From assembly GCF_006345805.1 (NCBI RefSeq), contig NC_043022.1:7316001-7380000 (forward strand): DNA of 64,000 bases, in the 5' to 3' direction. A model generated the notes under the pieces. It was not told the origin of the DNA and made no database searches. It saw nothing but the letters and a program-made list of their open reading frames with translations. Below, piece by piece: positions 13,330 to 26,149 of this stretch (positions within the stretch are counted from its first letter, which is position 1; the number at the start of each line of letters is the position of its first letter). Position numbers and translations under genes: made by a program. Origin of the DNA: Octopus sinensis. Taxonomy: Eukaryota.

Positions 13330-13989
13330 GAAAGACTGAATTACAATCAGCGAAATTATTTGTACCTTAGGAGATAAATGATCATTTCCATCCAAAATAC
13401 TCAGATAATCACTGGCGTTAATTCTGGTATAAAGAAACAACAAAAGGGGTCAGGAGAATTCTGTGACATGGTTGCCCAAAACATCACAGGGCCACCTCCA
13501 CGCCTCGCAGTAGAGGTCAAAAAATCAAGTTTGAAGTGGGGGACAAACAGTGAATGACGATTCATCAAAGAAGACGTCCTTCCATTTAGCCATTGTTTGA
13601 TAGTATGAGAGAGATATTTTTTTCGCTACTCAAAGTTGATAAGGGACGGAAGATGTTGCTACCTTTTCCATGGTATCCAGCTTTGTGGAGCCGAAGATGA
13701 AAGATTTTGGTCGAGATGGTGGAGACTTAGCTCTGCTCTCACTTTTGTAGTTGGATGGGTTTTGCTCACAATACGTTTCACTATTCTGCAGATCCTCTCT
13801 TTGAGTTTAGCCTTCCATTCGGAATTATACTTGTTGGAGCTGGTTTTGCCTTGATTTTGGAATGGTAACAGGATTTTAGAGACTGTTACTCGCAAAAACT
13901 TTAAACATTTCAGCAGTTTTAGTGACTGAAACCACAGCCATCCAAGCTACAACAATTTCTCCTCTTTGAAAATCAGAGAGGTCAACCAT
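13330..13989 (-). pseudogene. Degraded Tc1-family transposase
   Basis: ATG at 13989. Translates to MVDLSDFQRGEIVVAWMAVVSVTKTAEMF...QGKTSSNKYNS...WKDVFFDESSF...GGPVMFW, homologous to the 37.4-39.0 kb Tc1. Confidence 0.82.
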
Positions 13990-13990
13990 A

Positions 13991-14416
13991 GGCGCAGGAG
14001 TGGCTGTGTGGTAAGTAGCTTGCTAACCAACCACATGGTTCCGGGTTCAGTCCCACTGCGTGGCATCTTGGGCAAGTGTCTTCTGCTATAGCCCCGGGCC
14101 GACCAATGCCTTGTGAGTGGATTTGGTAGACGGAAACTGAAAGAAACCTGTCGTATATATGTATATATATATTTATGTGTGTATGTGTGCGTATGTTTGT
14201 GTGTCTGTGTTTGTCCTCTTAGCATTGCTTGACAACCGATGCTGGTGTGTGTTTACGTCCCCGTCACTTAGCGGTTCGGCAAAAAGAGACCGATAGAATA
14301 AGTACTGGGCTTACAAAAAGAATAAGTCCCGGGGTCGATTTGCTCGACTAAAGGCGGTGCTCCAGCATGGCCGCAGTCAAATGACTGAAACAAGTAAAAG
14401 AGTAAAGAGTAAAGAG
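13991..14416 (+). mobile_element. SINE family A, full length
   Basis: Head and tail intact. Confidence 0.92.
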
Positions 14417-15003
14417 AATTTCAACTTATCAAAATATAAATACTTGCAAATAAACAAAAGAAATATCGAGGGGGGGGTTACATCATGAACTTCAAAACAT
14501 ATTTAATGCATATAAACACACACATTCAAACTGGAATAGTTTCAATTTGTCTTACTCTTCGGCATCCATCCTTATCTCCGTTGACACGATAATCCTTCCA
14601 CCTCCCAACCCAGCCAGCCAGCCAGCCAGCTCCCATTCATAAAAAAAATTCTCAGTGGTAGCTCGACTTGCTACAAATAGCAGCCAATTCTCCCCCATTC
14701 TGCAAACTATAAGGTCGTCCCAAAAGTTCGTAGAAAGTCTTGGAAAATAATGGTCTTTATTTTGAGGAATAATTTTTTTTGTTTTTGTTTGTACTTGGCG
14801 AGTAAAAATTCAATTTTCGCAAGTGTTTACGAACTTTTGGGACAACCTAATATTAACTTTAAAACATTCCGAGATGGTCGCGGTTGGAACGCTTTTGATT
14901 ATAATCCGACTGGTCTCACTCATTTTTGACCCAGGTCCAAACAACAACACTATCTACTCCATCATCCATTCAACTCATCTACCTTGTGGTAGCGGTGGTG
15001 GTG

Positions 15004-15039
<36 letters not shown>

Positions 15040-15041
15040 GT

Positions 15042-15078
<37 letters not shown>

Positions 15079-15092
15079 ACAGCCGTCTACAA

Positions 15093-15278
15093 CAGTGCCC
15101 CGCAACCGATACGCCGTTGTACACTGGTGTGCCGCGAGACGATGCTAGGTGTGCCGCAGTGTAACCTGAATATAATTTTTTACTCTATACTTTTAGTTAC
15201 GTTTTTAGTTCAGCTGCGCCGCCGAATTTTGAAAAGGATATAAGTGTGCTGCAAGTGAGAAAAGGTTGCGGAGCACTA
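15093..15278 (+). mobile_element. hAT (Charlie-like) MITE, 186 bp
   Basis: TIRs CAGTGCCCCGCAACC and GGTTGCGGAGCACTA match at 13 of 15 positions. Approximate 8-bp TSD GTCTACAA/GTCTACAG, offset by one base. Confidence 0.7.
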
Positions 15279-15704
15279 AGTCTACAGCACCACAACAATC
15301 ACAACTATCACCCCACCCCCGTTACTACCAGTACCTCAACACCACGACTACCACCACCACCACCGCCGCCGCCGCCGCCACTACCACCAGCACCACCACC
15401 AACACCACCACTAACACTACTACCTCTAACATCCCCACAATTAATCACCTCTCTACCTAAAATTTACTAATCTTGCATCCATCGCAATCTTTGATCTCTC
15501 TTCGCTAAGAACTGACAAATTTGGTAAAAATAGATTTGGGTGGGGGGACAACAAGGATGAAAGAAAAGAAGGAAAGAAAGAATGTGTGCGTATGTGTATC
15601 GTTCTCTCTCAATAAATATATACATTCATATATACATAAGAACATACATACATACATACATACATACATACATACGTACATACATACATACATACATACA
15701 TACA

Positions 15705-15767
<63 letters not shown>

Positions 15768-15770
<3 letters not shown>

Positions 15771-15916
15771 AATAAAATAGAACATATGCATATATATAAA
15801 CATATATGTACGTACCTACCTCTACATGTACATATACACGCATATATGAGTACAGGACACCAAAAAGACGTCGAACACATAGAGAGACGAAAAACAGGCA
15901 CAAACCAAGGAACAGG
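15768..15916 (-). mobile_element. Repeat family P1, 5'-truncated copy
   Basis: Near-identical to 76-225, with the same (TA)n junction. Confidence 0.6.
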
Positions 15917-16027
15917 ATATATATATATATAAACACGCGTATACATACACGAATCTACGTACGTGTTGGTGTACATATATGAGTATATATGTACATGAAT
16001 ACATATACATACATGTGTGTGTGTGTT

Positions 16028-16060
<33 letters not shown>

Positions 16061-16401
16061 GTGGTGTGTGTGCCTATGTGTGTATGTGCATACACATATT
16101 GTGTTCATTGTATTTCATTTCTTACCAAAATTCTTCAACTTGTTGTTTTGACACGGTTCTACGACATGATTACAAAGAAAGAAAGATGGCAGTAAGTGCC
16201 AAAATGTCTGTAGATTGTGGAAATCGAATTTCACAAGCAACATTTCACCAGCAAATAAAACTTGCTCCATGCTTTACCACTGTATTGAGGCACACGAAGG
16301 ACTGGTGAGTCATTCAACTTAATTTTCCGATAAACGTTGATCATAGTTTAACAAGGAAAAAAAATGGAGGGCGAGTTGACACAACATAAGAGAGCCATAT
16401 A

Positions 16402-16808
16402 GGCGCAGGAGTGGCTGTGTGGTAAGTAGCTTGTTTACCAACCACATGGTTCCGGGTTCAGTCCCACTGCGTGGCATCTTGGGCAAATGTCTTCTACTAT
16501 AGCCCCGGGCCGACCAAAGCCTTGTGAGTGGATTTGGTAGACGGAAACTGAAAGAAGCCCGTCGTATACATATATATATGTATGTGTGTGTGTTTGTGTG
16601 AGTGTGTTTGTTCCCCTATCATTGCTTGACAACTGATGCTGGTGTGTTTATGTCCCCGTTACTTAGCGGTTCGGCAAAAGAGACCGATAAAATAAGTACT
16701 GGGCTTACAAAGAATAAGTCCCGTTGTCGAGTTGCTCGATTAAAGGCGGTGCTCCAGCATGGCCGCAGTCAAATGACTGAAACAAGTAAAAGAGAGAGAG
16801 AGAAGAGT
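16402..16808 (+). mobile_element. SINE family A, full length
   Basis: Head and tail intact. Confidence 0.92.
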
Positions 16809-17422
16809 ATATTAAATAGAGTTTATTTTTGTGGTCGTTGTTGGTGTTGCCGTCGTTATGGCTTGCTTTATCGGAGGAAGGGCAGCAAGAGCAAATTTTT
16901 TTCTTTTTTTTTTATGGAGTCTTCGAAGATTGATGTAGTCGAAGAAACCACGATTTAATGGTTGCAGCACAAGTAAAAATAATTTGCAACACTGTTCATT
17001 GGAGTGGGAACTTGATCTGAATGTTTCAAATGGAGTGGCCACCACTAAATATATTCAAGTAACGGAGCGGTGATTTCAAAGCACACCACGGTTTCAGTCA
17101 ACCAACCCAGATTGGGTGCAGTTCAGTACAACTTGTATTCTATTACCGTTTCCAGTAAATTACATTTCATTGACAAGACTAAATCAAGCCGCCACTCCAT
17201 GAATAGAGTCAGTGAAAGCCATACTTCTTATTGAAAGGACCATCGTCACCATAAAGACAAATTCGATGTGGAGAACAGTTTTGATGTCTAAAGTGAGACA
17301 TCCATTAAAATGACTGAATGTTTAACGCTACACTCCTCTTCATCCGAGACGGTGCGTGTCCTATGGAGCAGAGAACGCAGTCGTGCACCGTTGTTAGTTG
17401 TTTGCTAGATGTGAAGAAGATA

Positions 17423-17683
17423 GTGAAGGCGCGGGGTAATCGGTCATGAGTTCGATTCCGGTGCGATGTGTCCTTGAGCAAGACACTCCATTTCACGTTG
17501 CTCCACGCAACTGAGTGACAAAAAAGCCTTGTTCCATTCTGTGTCACACAGAATCCTCCTGAGAATTACATTAAGGGTACACGTGTCTGTGAGGTACTCA
17601 ACCACTTGCACATTAATTCCATGAATAGGTTGTTCCGTTGATTGGATTAACTGGAACACTCGTCGTCCAACGGAGAGCCAGTC
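17423..17683 (+). mobile_element. SINE family C
   Basis: GAGTTCGATTCC B box and family C body. Confidence 0.85.
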
Positions 17684-17835
17684 AGATGTGAAGATATTAA
17701 ATAAAAAAGCGGACGAGGACCTATCTGCTGAACCTACAGATTTTGTATACTGGCTAAATATTTTAATTTGTACTTATTAACCCGGGGAAACAGGCTGTGT
17801 AACAATTGATTTACAAAAAAAAAAGTCTGGAAATA

Positions 17836-18246
17836 CTCTTTACTCTTTTACTCTTTTACTTGTTTCAGTCATTTGACTGCGGCCATGCTGGAGCACCGCC
17901 TTTAGTCGAGCAAATCGACCCCGGGACTTATTCTTTGTAAGCCCAGTACTTATTCTATCGGTCTCTTTTGCCGAACCGCTAAGTGACGGGGACGTAAACA
18001 CACCTGCATCGGTTGTCAAGCAATGCTAGGTGGACAAACACAGACACACAAACCCACAAACACACACACTTATATATATACACTTATATATACGACGGGC
18101 TTCTTTCAGTTTCCGTCTACCAAATCCACTCAGAAGGCATTGGTCGGCCCGGGGCTATAGCAGAAGACACTTGCCCAAGATGCCACGCAGTGGGACTGAA
18201 CCCGGAACCATGTGGCTGGTTAGCAAGCTACTTACCACACAGCCAC
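17836..18246 (-). mobile_element. SINE family A
   Basis: Homologous to the other A copies. Confidence 0.92.
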
Positions 18247-18571
18247 GCTGACTTTTTCCACGAAAGAACAAAGCGAACCGATTCATATTGAATCGATTTG
18301 TGACCGAGGGAAATTTCAAGATGCCTCATTTAGTGTTTTTGGAAATGAACATACACACAACATCACGTGTGCATATGATTCTCTCTCTCTCTCTCTCTCT
18401 CACATACATACATACATCGCTGTAATCTTTAAACACAATGGTTAGAGTAGAAGAAGGCGTTCGACTCTGCGCCCGACTCATGACTGATAAAGTCACTCCA
18501 CGTTGCCAAAGTACTGGCTGCTATTGTGAATGCTATTGAAACACTGACCACAACATGGTCAGTTACGAAAG

Positions 18572-18851
18572 CCGTGGTTCCCGAAATGGGCGGTATTGCC
18601 CCCCCCCCCGAGGGTGGTGGAAAGGTTGGGATTGGGGATGAAGAAAAATGGGGCGATAATGGGATGGCCAAAAAAGGATGCGATGGATGTAAGAACAACA
18701 AAAAAATGGGTTAATTAGGTTATGCTTTATTTGTGAAATGCTGCAGGGATAGTGTATGTTTTTGGTGGTGAGTGGTGGCGTGTGGGGTGGGGCTAGGAAT
18801 GTGACCCAGGCAGCAAGGAAGCGGCAGCCCGAAAAGGTTTGAAAACCACTG
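18572..18851 (+). mobile_element. Old hAT-like MITE
   Basis: Imperfect TIRs CCGTGGTTCCCGAA and TTTGAAAACCACTG. No recognisable TSD. Confidence 0.5.
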
Positions 18852-18928
18852 TCCTAAAACAACAGCTATTGTTGCAAATAGAATTACGCTATCGACGGAC
18901 ATATTCCAGGCTCGTAGTTTATCTGTAA

Positions 18929-19311
18929 CTAGCAGTATCGCCCGGCGTTGCTCGGGTTTGTAAGGGAAATAACTATAAAGCATTTTTAGAGAGTTATAGC
19001 CAAAAAATAGCAAAAAAATGGGAAAAAAATGATGGTAAATTTTTTTGAGAGTTAAAAAGGTCGAGTTGCGTCCCCTAGACAGTCTGTGGTTTGTGTTTCT
19101 GATTCTCGACCCCATGTCGAATTTATCGATTTTTTTCAGAACTGGGGGAACTTTTCAAAATTTTTGCTGCGTTAGTTTTGAATTATGACATTGGGCTATG
19201 TGTGTGTCAAGTTTCATCAGAATCGGTTGAAAGCCGTGGTCAGGGTGAGGGTACAACCTAACAGACACACAGACACGCAGACAGACAAACTGCCGTTTAT
19301 ATAGAGAGAGA
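18929..19311 (-). mobile_element. Non-autonomous Helitron H1
   Basis: TC...CTAG termini. Removing it restores the host RT frame (GTAA|TGTTG), which proves an AT target with no TSD. Confidence 0.95.
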
Positions 19312-19899
19312 TGTTGTTTGTACTGGTTGTGAATCGTTTGTCAGCCCTGTTAACGCAATTACCATGGCAACATACTGGAATATGCAAAAGAGAATAAAAT
19401 TATTATCAGCCACATATTTTCTGTTGGTGACCTAAAGGTATATTCTGCTGACATAAACATCAAGAGACAGAACTAGTCACAACATTACCACGGGACATTG
19501 GAATGAAGTTTGGGCAAGATAAATGCTCATAGGTGATAGACGACTTAGAAGGGATTGTTGAGCAAATTGAGGACACATATATCAATGGCTCCCTCGTCTA
19601 AGAATAGTCTGAAACTTTGGCACAAGGCTAGCAATTTCGGGGCATGAAGCTAAGTCAATTGTATGGACGCCCCCCCCTCAGTGTCCAACTGGTACTTATT
19701 TTAATGGTTTCGCAAAGATGAAAGGTCAAGTCGAACCCAGCGGTATTTGAACTCAGAACATAAAGTTGGTAGAAATGCCGCTAAGCGTTTTTCCCGGCGC
19801 AGTAACGATTCTGCCAGTTCCCCACCTTTTCCTTGTCTCTAATAATAAAAACTCTATCTCGGAATCGATTAGTATGTTGCATATTTTGATGTTCCATTG

Positions 19900-20384
19900 G
19901 TTTTCCAAAATGTACAAGTCCCTGGTGATTTTGATCCTTCTGTATGAGTGTGAGAGCTGGACTCTTACAACTGACCTGGAGCAAAGAATCTAGGTATTCG
20001 AGCAGAAATACTTCAGAAGGCCGCTATGCTTCCCCTACCCAGAACACAAAGCGAATAGCTTTGCCAGGCAGCAAGTCAACAAATGTGCTAGCAGGCAGAA
20101 ACCACGCCTTGCGCCGGTAAAAAGCCTGCTAAGTGCGGTCATGTATCCCATCACAATTCCTTGTCCAAAACCATTCTTCAGTGGAGAGAGAGAAGGCGAA
20201 AGAAAGGCAGTGAGAGAAAACTCTGGTTTGACATCTCAGGGACTGGACAGGTCACAACACAGCAAACCTGCTGCGCATATCAGGGAACAAAAACAAGTAG
20301 TGATGGCTGACAATGAAATCATCTAGAGGGGTACTTCAACGATTGGCTGCATCAGTTAAGGGAACTCGATAATGATGATGATGT
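19900..20384 (+). mobile_element. RTE-clade LINE 3' fragment
   Basis: KMYKSLVILILLYECESWTLTTDLEQRI...HNSLSKTILQ, with a (GAT)n tail. Confidence 0.8.
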
Positions 20385-20786
20385 CTCACAATGCACTTAC
20401 AGTGCTAGTACCAACATTTGGGATATTGGGTCGGACACTCGGTGATTAATATACAGCTTGGGACATCAAAGCTAGAAAGATACTGACCACCACCGGCAAC
20501 TTCCACATTAACATGCATTGTATCACTCAGACAACACCAGCTGAACAGCGAAGGGGAAAAATGAGTATATTCCATGCATACGGTAAAGTGAGAGCAACAA
20601 CATCAGTATTGGAGAAGAACTACTGTGCAGGTATTCTTGGAATACAACTGTCTCATGCGACGCAACGAAGGCTGGACACAGGCCTACAGGAGTTTGGAGG
20701 AGAAGCAGGCATCGTACCAACTAAAAGCAATGCATAGGCACATAGCCAAAATGTGAAACCGATGTTAAACGAGGTGTATAAATACT

Positions 20787-21017
20787 TATTTCTTTATTAC
20801 CCACAAGGGGCTAAACATAGAGGGGACAAACAAGGACAGACATAGGTATTAAGTCGATTACATCGACCCCAGTGTGTAACTGGTGCTTAATTTATCGACC
20901 CCGAAAGGATGAAAGGCAAAGTCAACCTCGGTGGAATTTGAACTCAGAACGTAACGACAGACGAAATACCGCTAAGCATTTCATCCGGCGTGCTAACGTT
21001 TCTGCCAGCTCGCCGCC
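20787..21017 (-). mobile_element. SINE-B1
   Basis: 17-bp TSD CGAGGTGTATAAATACT at 20770-20786 and 21018-21034. Confidence 0.95.
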
Positions 21018-21254
21018 CGAGGTGTATAAATACTGCTTAATAAAAGAAAGCCATCATGCCGAGAAAATCTTTAAAAGATCCTCTTTTCTTGCAAGGCTGA
21101 AGGTCATGACTTCTTCAATCAGACCCACATGGCCAGCTTTGGAAATAAAGAATGTGCTGTTTAATAAGGAAGGCAGAGAGACTGTGATATCCTTACTTTT
21201 ATCATTTCATTTAGAACTTCTTTGCCATTGAGGTATAATACTAGACCCGCTTTC

Positions 21255-21850
21255 TTAATGTCTACTTCCTCTTCAGCACTCATTAATCCCCTGGCCTTCA
21301 TCCTTCTTGTTTTATTTTTACTAGTCTAATCGATCCCTATCTGATAAGATGAATCACTTTCTTGTCTCCTTGTCAATATACTTCATTAATTCTTTCTCCA
21401 CTCCTTGCTTCCTGCCTTATAATGATAAAGCCCCCATTTTGCTTACTTCTAAGATATTTTCTACATTCAGTTTTGATTTTAACATATTTTTTATTGCACG
21501 GAAATATTCTTTATGGAACATTTCCTTCATTTTGTATTTTTTAATTTATCGTTTATCAATTTTCCAACATACTTTATCCATTTAACGATTTCATAGTCTC
21601 GCCATCAACAACATCCAGTCCGTTGCCGCCGCTTTTTATGGTTATCCCTTCGTGATTTTTCGTCTCTTTCATGGAACATTTCCTGATATTGAATGTAGTT
21701 TCAATGCTACAACTAAATATTTGTACGTTTTGCACCAAAGAATCCTGCTCATTCTTGTCTTTTCTTAAATCTTTAAATCGTTCATGAAAAGATATTCACT
21801 TCTTCCTCGATTATTTCCCAGTGAATAACCTTCCTTAGCTCTAAGAATAG
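21255..21850 (-). pseudogene. Second RLE-class RT remnant, highly decayed
   Basis: EYLFMNDLKI...VQIFSCSIETTFNIRKC...KEYFRAIKNMLKSKLN...IDKETRKV...ARGLMSAEE. Confidence 0.65.
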
Positions 21851-22509
21851 TCGACAAAAATCAGTGCAATTACAAACGAGAGAGAGAGAGAGAGAGCCCT
21901 TTGAAACCGTCATCTTCGTATCTCTACATCTGCTTATCTTTCCTCACACGATATTATCTCTTCTTCAATGTTACAATGGATTTTGTAATGGTCATCTAAC
22001 CAGTGACCAAAGTTTTGAACATTTCCTGACCACGCGTACTGTATCTCTGACATACACTAATTTAATTATTCAACTATTAATTTATGGAGATTTCTAAACT
22101 CTTTCACTCCGGCACCTCCCCACTTTCCTCTTCGCTTTGACGTTCGTAAAATCCATCGGCATTCGACATTTTCAGCGTAATTTTATCTTTATTTTATCCT
22201 CTGTGTTTTATTTTTGTACTAAGTATTTTCTTGTGAAGTCGCATGACCTTTTTAGCTGTTGAGCTGACAATCATATGATTGTATGCTCGGTTCCTAAATC
22301 AGGCAGTAAATTGTCTCCATGAGAAAGGCATTGTTCCCTTCTATTCAAAAGGAAAATGTGTACCAGCCTTGTGCTGGTGCCCACAGCTCCTCTCTCCAGC
22401 TGCAAAATTTTCGATATTTTTCTGGGACAGAGGTTCAAAATGGTGCGTATATGTAGCCGCGACAATAGAGGCAAAGAGTAAAATCAAGGTCCACGACATC
22501 GAATAATAT

Positions 22510-22900
22510 TCATTTCCTGGTGGCGGTTATAGTTTTGGTGCGGTATTTTTGGACCAGATCCCCCAAATTTCCATTTGTGAGAAAAGTGAAAGACCTGACA
22601 GCCAAAACAATCACTACAGTGGCTCGAGGACTTCTAGTAGAGCAAGGAATATCAGAGCAGATCATATGTGACAATGGAACCCAGTTCACATCACAAGAAT
22701 TCAAAAAGCTAGCCGATGAGTATGGGTTCGATATTACAACTTCATCTCCACACTACCCCAAAGGCCATGGGTTTATAGAAAGACAGGTGCAGACAGTGAA
22801 GAGAACACTAATCAAATGCCGAGATACTAAGGAAGACCCACGCCTGGCACTTCTGTCCCTGCGAGCGACACCACTGAGGGCTGACACGAAATCCCCAGCT
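22510..22900 (+). pseudogene. Ty3/Gypsy integrase core (rve) fragment
   Basis: IICDNGTQFTSQEF...TTSSPHYPKGHGFIERQVQTVK...LALLSLRATPL...SPA. No LTRs seen. Confidence 0.88.
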
Positions 22901-23062
22901 TTCTTCTGCCTTCAATCTTTATTTCTCTTCATTTCCTCAACCAGATCGAACACACGTTTCTGATTTATTCGAAAAAGATGGTTTGGCCTTCATATTTCTT
23001 CCTACTTTTCTAATTTTAACTTTTTTCTGTCTTTAACCTTTGTTTTAGTTCTTCGTCTTGAA

Positions 23063-23388
23063 AGTGCGAGTCTTTGCGATTAGCAGTATTTGGCTCACAA
23101 CTGTAAGGTCGTGGGTTCGATTCCTGACAGCACATTGTGTCCTTGAGCAAAACACTTTATTTCACATTGCTTCAGTCCACTCAGCTGGCAAAAACGAATT
23201 ATACCTGTAATTCAAAAGGGGACAGCCTTGTCATATTCTATGTCACAGTAAATCTCCCCTGAGAACTACGCTAAGAGTATGAGTGTCTGTGGAGTGTTCA
23301 GTTAGTGGCACGTTAATTCCATGAATAGGCTGTTCCGTTGATTGGATCAACTGGAACACTCGTCGTTGTAACCGATGGAGAACCAGTT
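23063..23388 (+). mobile_element. SINE family C
   Basis: GGGTTCGATTCC B box and family C body. Confidence 0.85.
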
Positions 23389-23495
23389 AAGCTCTTCAAT
23401 CCCTGCCTTAATCTCATCTTACCTCTTCTGACTCGTCTTTCACTTCTTTCTCCAGTTTTTTCCCACTGGTTCAACTCTCCAAACGGTACTGCTAC

Positions 23496-23723
23496 GGCGA
23501 GCTAGCAGAATCATTAGCACGTCGGGCGAAATGCTTAGCGGTATTTCGTCTGCCGTTACGTTGTGAGTTCAAATTCCGCCGAGGTCGACTTTGCCTTTCA
23601 TCCTTTCGGGGTCGATAAATTAAGTACCAGTTAAGCACTGGGGTCGATATAATCGACTTAATACCTATGTCTGTCCATGTTTGTCCCCTCTATGTTCAGC
23701 CCCTTGTGGGTAATAAAGAAATA
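23496..23723 (+). mobile_element. SINE-B1
   Basis: 11-bp TSD GGTACTGCTAC at 23485-23495 and 23724-23734. Confidence 0.95.
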
Positions 23724-23741
23724 GGTACTGCTACTTCTATC

Positions 23742-24672
23742 ATTACCTCCGCCAAGGAAGGTTATGTCCGTCTGTGTGCAAAATAATCAAAAAGTTTTTG
23801 TATTTGGTGAAACTTGCAGGAAAAGTTGGTAATGACACAAGGAACAGATGATGAAATTTTGGTAGTGATTTGGGAATTTTTATGGATTCTTGAAGGATCT
23901 TTCCTTTGTTATATTTACTTTACATGAAGTATTACAATGTTACGTTCTTTGATTATCTCCCTTGAAAACACGTTCGTCATTTCCACGTAACCTATGGTGG
24001 CGTTGCTGTTTCCAAAGTTTATTTTCGTTTCTCTATTAGTAATTTCACTCGCGTATCTATCTTAAAATGAGCTGCTTGGCGGAGGTCTGCGGAGGATAAA
24101 CATGACAAGCCTTGACTTAGGACCGACTCAAAAAGCTCCGGCTTTGCTCCCTCCACCTCCTCTGTGAGCTCTATATCATCTGTATGATGCGGAAAATATT
24201 CCATCAACATTGCCCATCTTTAAAATTCGTCCGAGGCTTGGCCCCCGTGCCATCCGTCCACTACAGAAACGTTCGTGTCGTATCACAACACTATGAAAGA
24301 ACTATTTCACCTCAATTGGCTCTGCTCTCTTCGACATCGGCGCCAGACACACGTAAAGGAGGAAAGTGACTTCACGGCATTCAAATGATCCCTAAATGAC
24401 TAGCCCCAACAAATACCAGATAAATCACCCACACCCGGATATGTCTCTGAAAATAATAACCCTCTGCTTGAATGGGCTACAATTCCCCAGAGCTGACTGT
24501 GTATCTCTTCCAGGTGGTGCTATTAAATTAAACATGGCCTGAGTCAACTTCGGCCGAAACTTGTCTAAGTAATCTAATCTATGCTGTAACCTTTTAATCA
24601 AATCATGACAACGTGGGTAGAGGGTAGAAATGAGCTGCTTGGCGGAGGTGTGCGCCCTCCGAGTGTTTTTCT
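23742..24672 (+). mobile_element. Helentron/HINE-like non-autonomous element with two 3'-type ends
   Basis: Sub-terminal IR ACCTCCGCCAAG at 23745-23756 versus CTTGGCGGAGGT at 24075-24086 and 24638-24649. Terminal imperfect hairpin GCGCCCTCCGAGTGT. Confidence 0.65.
24092..24580 (+). mobile_element. CR1-clade LINE 3' fragment, same family as the 53-58 kb element
   Basis: DRLKKLRL...IICMMRKIFHQHCP...PTPGYVSENNN and 3' end CATGGCC...GAAAC-TCTAAGT. Confidence 0.88.
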
Positions 24673-25449
24673 TGTAAACATTTTTTTTCTGATCCTTCTT
24701 TTGGTTTGTCTGTAACTCCCTTAGCATCAGCTGTTGCTAATGTATTGCTAATGTGCTGCTATCTCGACAATTTTTAGAGAAAGACCTGGAATCTATTTCT
24801 GTTATGCATTGGTTCGTTCTTGATGGGATGATTGACAACTCAATGAAGGCATTGTTATTGTTTTACGTGTTTATTTACTTTACTTGTTTTACGAACTGTC
24901 AACATTCAGCGGAGTGATACACATGTGCGTATCTGCTTTAGACACAGCTAATACTGTTTTCTAACAAAATAGTGCCAAAGTGGGGATGTTTTCTACACAC
25001 GTATACCTACGTATACACATAGATATGAATGTGTAACAATTTCTGTCAACTGATTGCCAAAATTTATCTTCATACAATCTAATATATCGATTTATTCAGA
25101 TAAACCACAAACTCTTTAGATTCCGTAATATTCTGTCTTCAACCACCGCAAAACCTTAAAAGAAATTAGCTAACTTCAGCGAGAATCGAACACCGTTCAG
25201 AAAGAGCATATTTTTTTCCCCTTTAATGGTGTAGTAAAATGTTACTGCAGCAGTTCCGTCATTTTTTTTACAGTGCCGTGGCGTTCATGGTCCACTCCTC
25301 AAAAGAAAAACAAAAACTTGGTGGTGTAAATCACTATATGAGCAAAACAAGGAATTGAAATTGGATCACGACCTCGGCAAGTTGGAATGTTACCTGTTGC
25401 GATACAGCGTCTTCGTTTTGAGAATATTCAACATTCACCAAATTCATCA

Positions 25450-25490
<41 letters not shown>

Positions 25491-25999
25491 GTGTGTGTGT
25501 GTGTGTGTGCGTGTGTGTGTGTGCGTGCACGCGCGTTATTAAAAATTTGGTGATAATCATCATTAAGCGTTTGTTAGGTTTTCTCGAAGAAGCGAATCGG
25601 GAAAGACAGAAAGGGGAGATCAATCGACAGGAGGTTTGAGTCAAGTGATTCCATTGTGTGCTGCCACCTACGTCGCCTTAAACTTCCTTTTTTAGTATCT
25701 CAGTGTGTGAGTGTGTCTGTGTAATAAAGTGTATGCGTATGTATAACGATGTGTGAGTATGTATGTATGTATGTATGTATGTATGTATGTATGTATGTAT
25801 GTGTGTATGTATGTATGTATGTATGTATGTATGTATGTATGTATGTATGTATGTATGTGTGTATGTATGTATATATGTATGAATGTATGCATGTATGTAT
25901 GTGTGTATGTATGTATGTATGTATGTGTGTATGTATGTATTATGTATGTATGTAAATATATGTATATATAGATAGGTATGTGTATGCGTACTTGAATAC

Positions 26000-26033
<34 letters not shown>

Positions 26034-26149
26034 GCTGCTATGGTGGGGCACCACCGTTAACTATATGCATGTATGTGTGTATGTGCGCGCACGTATATTT
26101 TTATATATATATATATATATAGATATATATAGATATGTTATTATTGCTT

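Larger units (their letters stand above)
18870..20750 (+). pseudogene. RLE-class (R4/NeSL-like) non-LTR retrotransposon RT remnant, split by Helitron, SINE and RTE insertions
   Basis: DIFQARSLSV|MLFVLVV is rejoined across the Helitron. Also ISHIFSVGDLKVYS...DIGMKFGQDKC and VLVPTFGILG...DIKARKILTTTGNFHIN, matching the GIFQGDSLSP / HLLFMDDLK motifs of this class. Confidence 0.75.

Noticed and set aside
13991-14070. tRNA genes at SINE heads
   Set aside because: A/B boxes are present, but no complete cloverleaf could be drawn, and each head continues into a SINE body.
13041-15172. LTR retrotransposon bounded by 280-bp LTRs
   Set aside because: No TG...CA ends, PBS, PPT or gag/pol. The repeat contains a microsatellite and part of a hAT MITE.
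25276-25450. Possible host exon after TTTTTTTACAG with an open frame (CRGVHGPLLKRK...)
   Set aside because: No recognisable protein motif and no good donor site; the frame runs into (TG)n.
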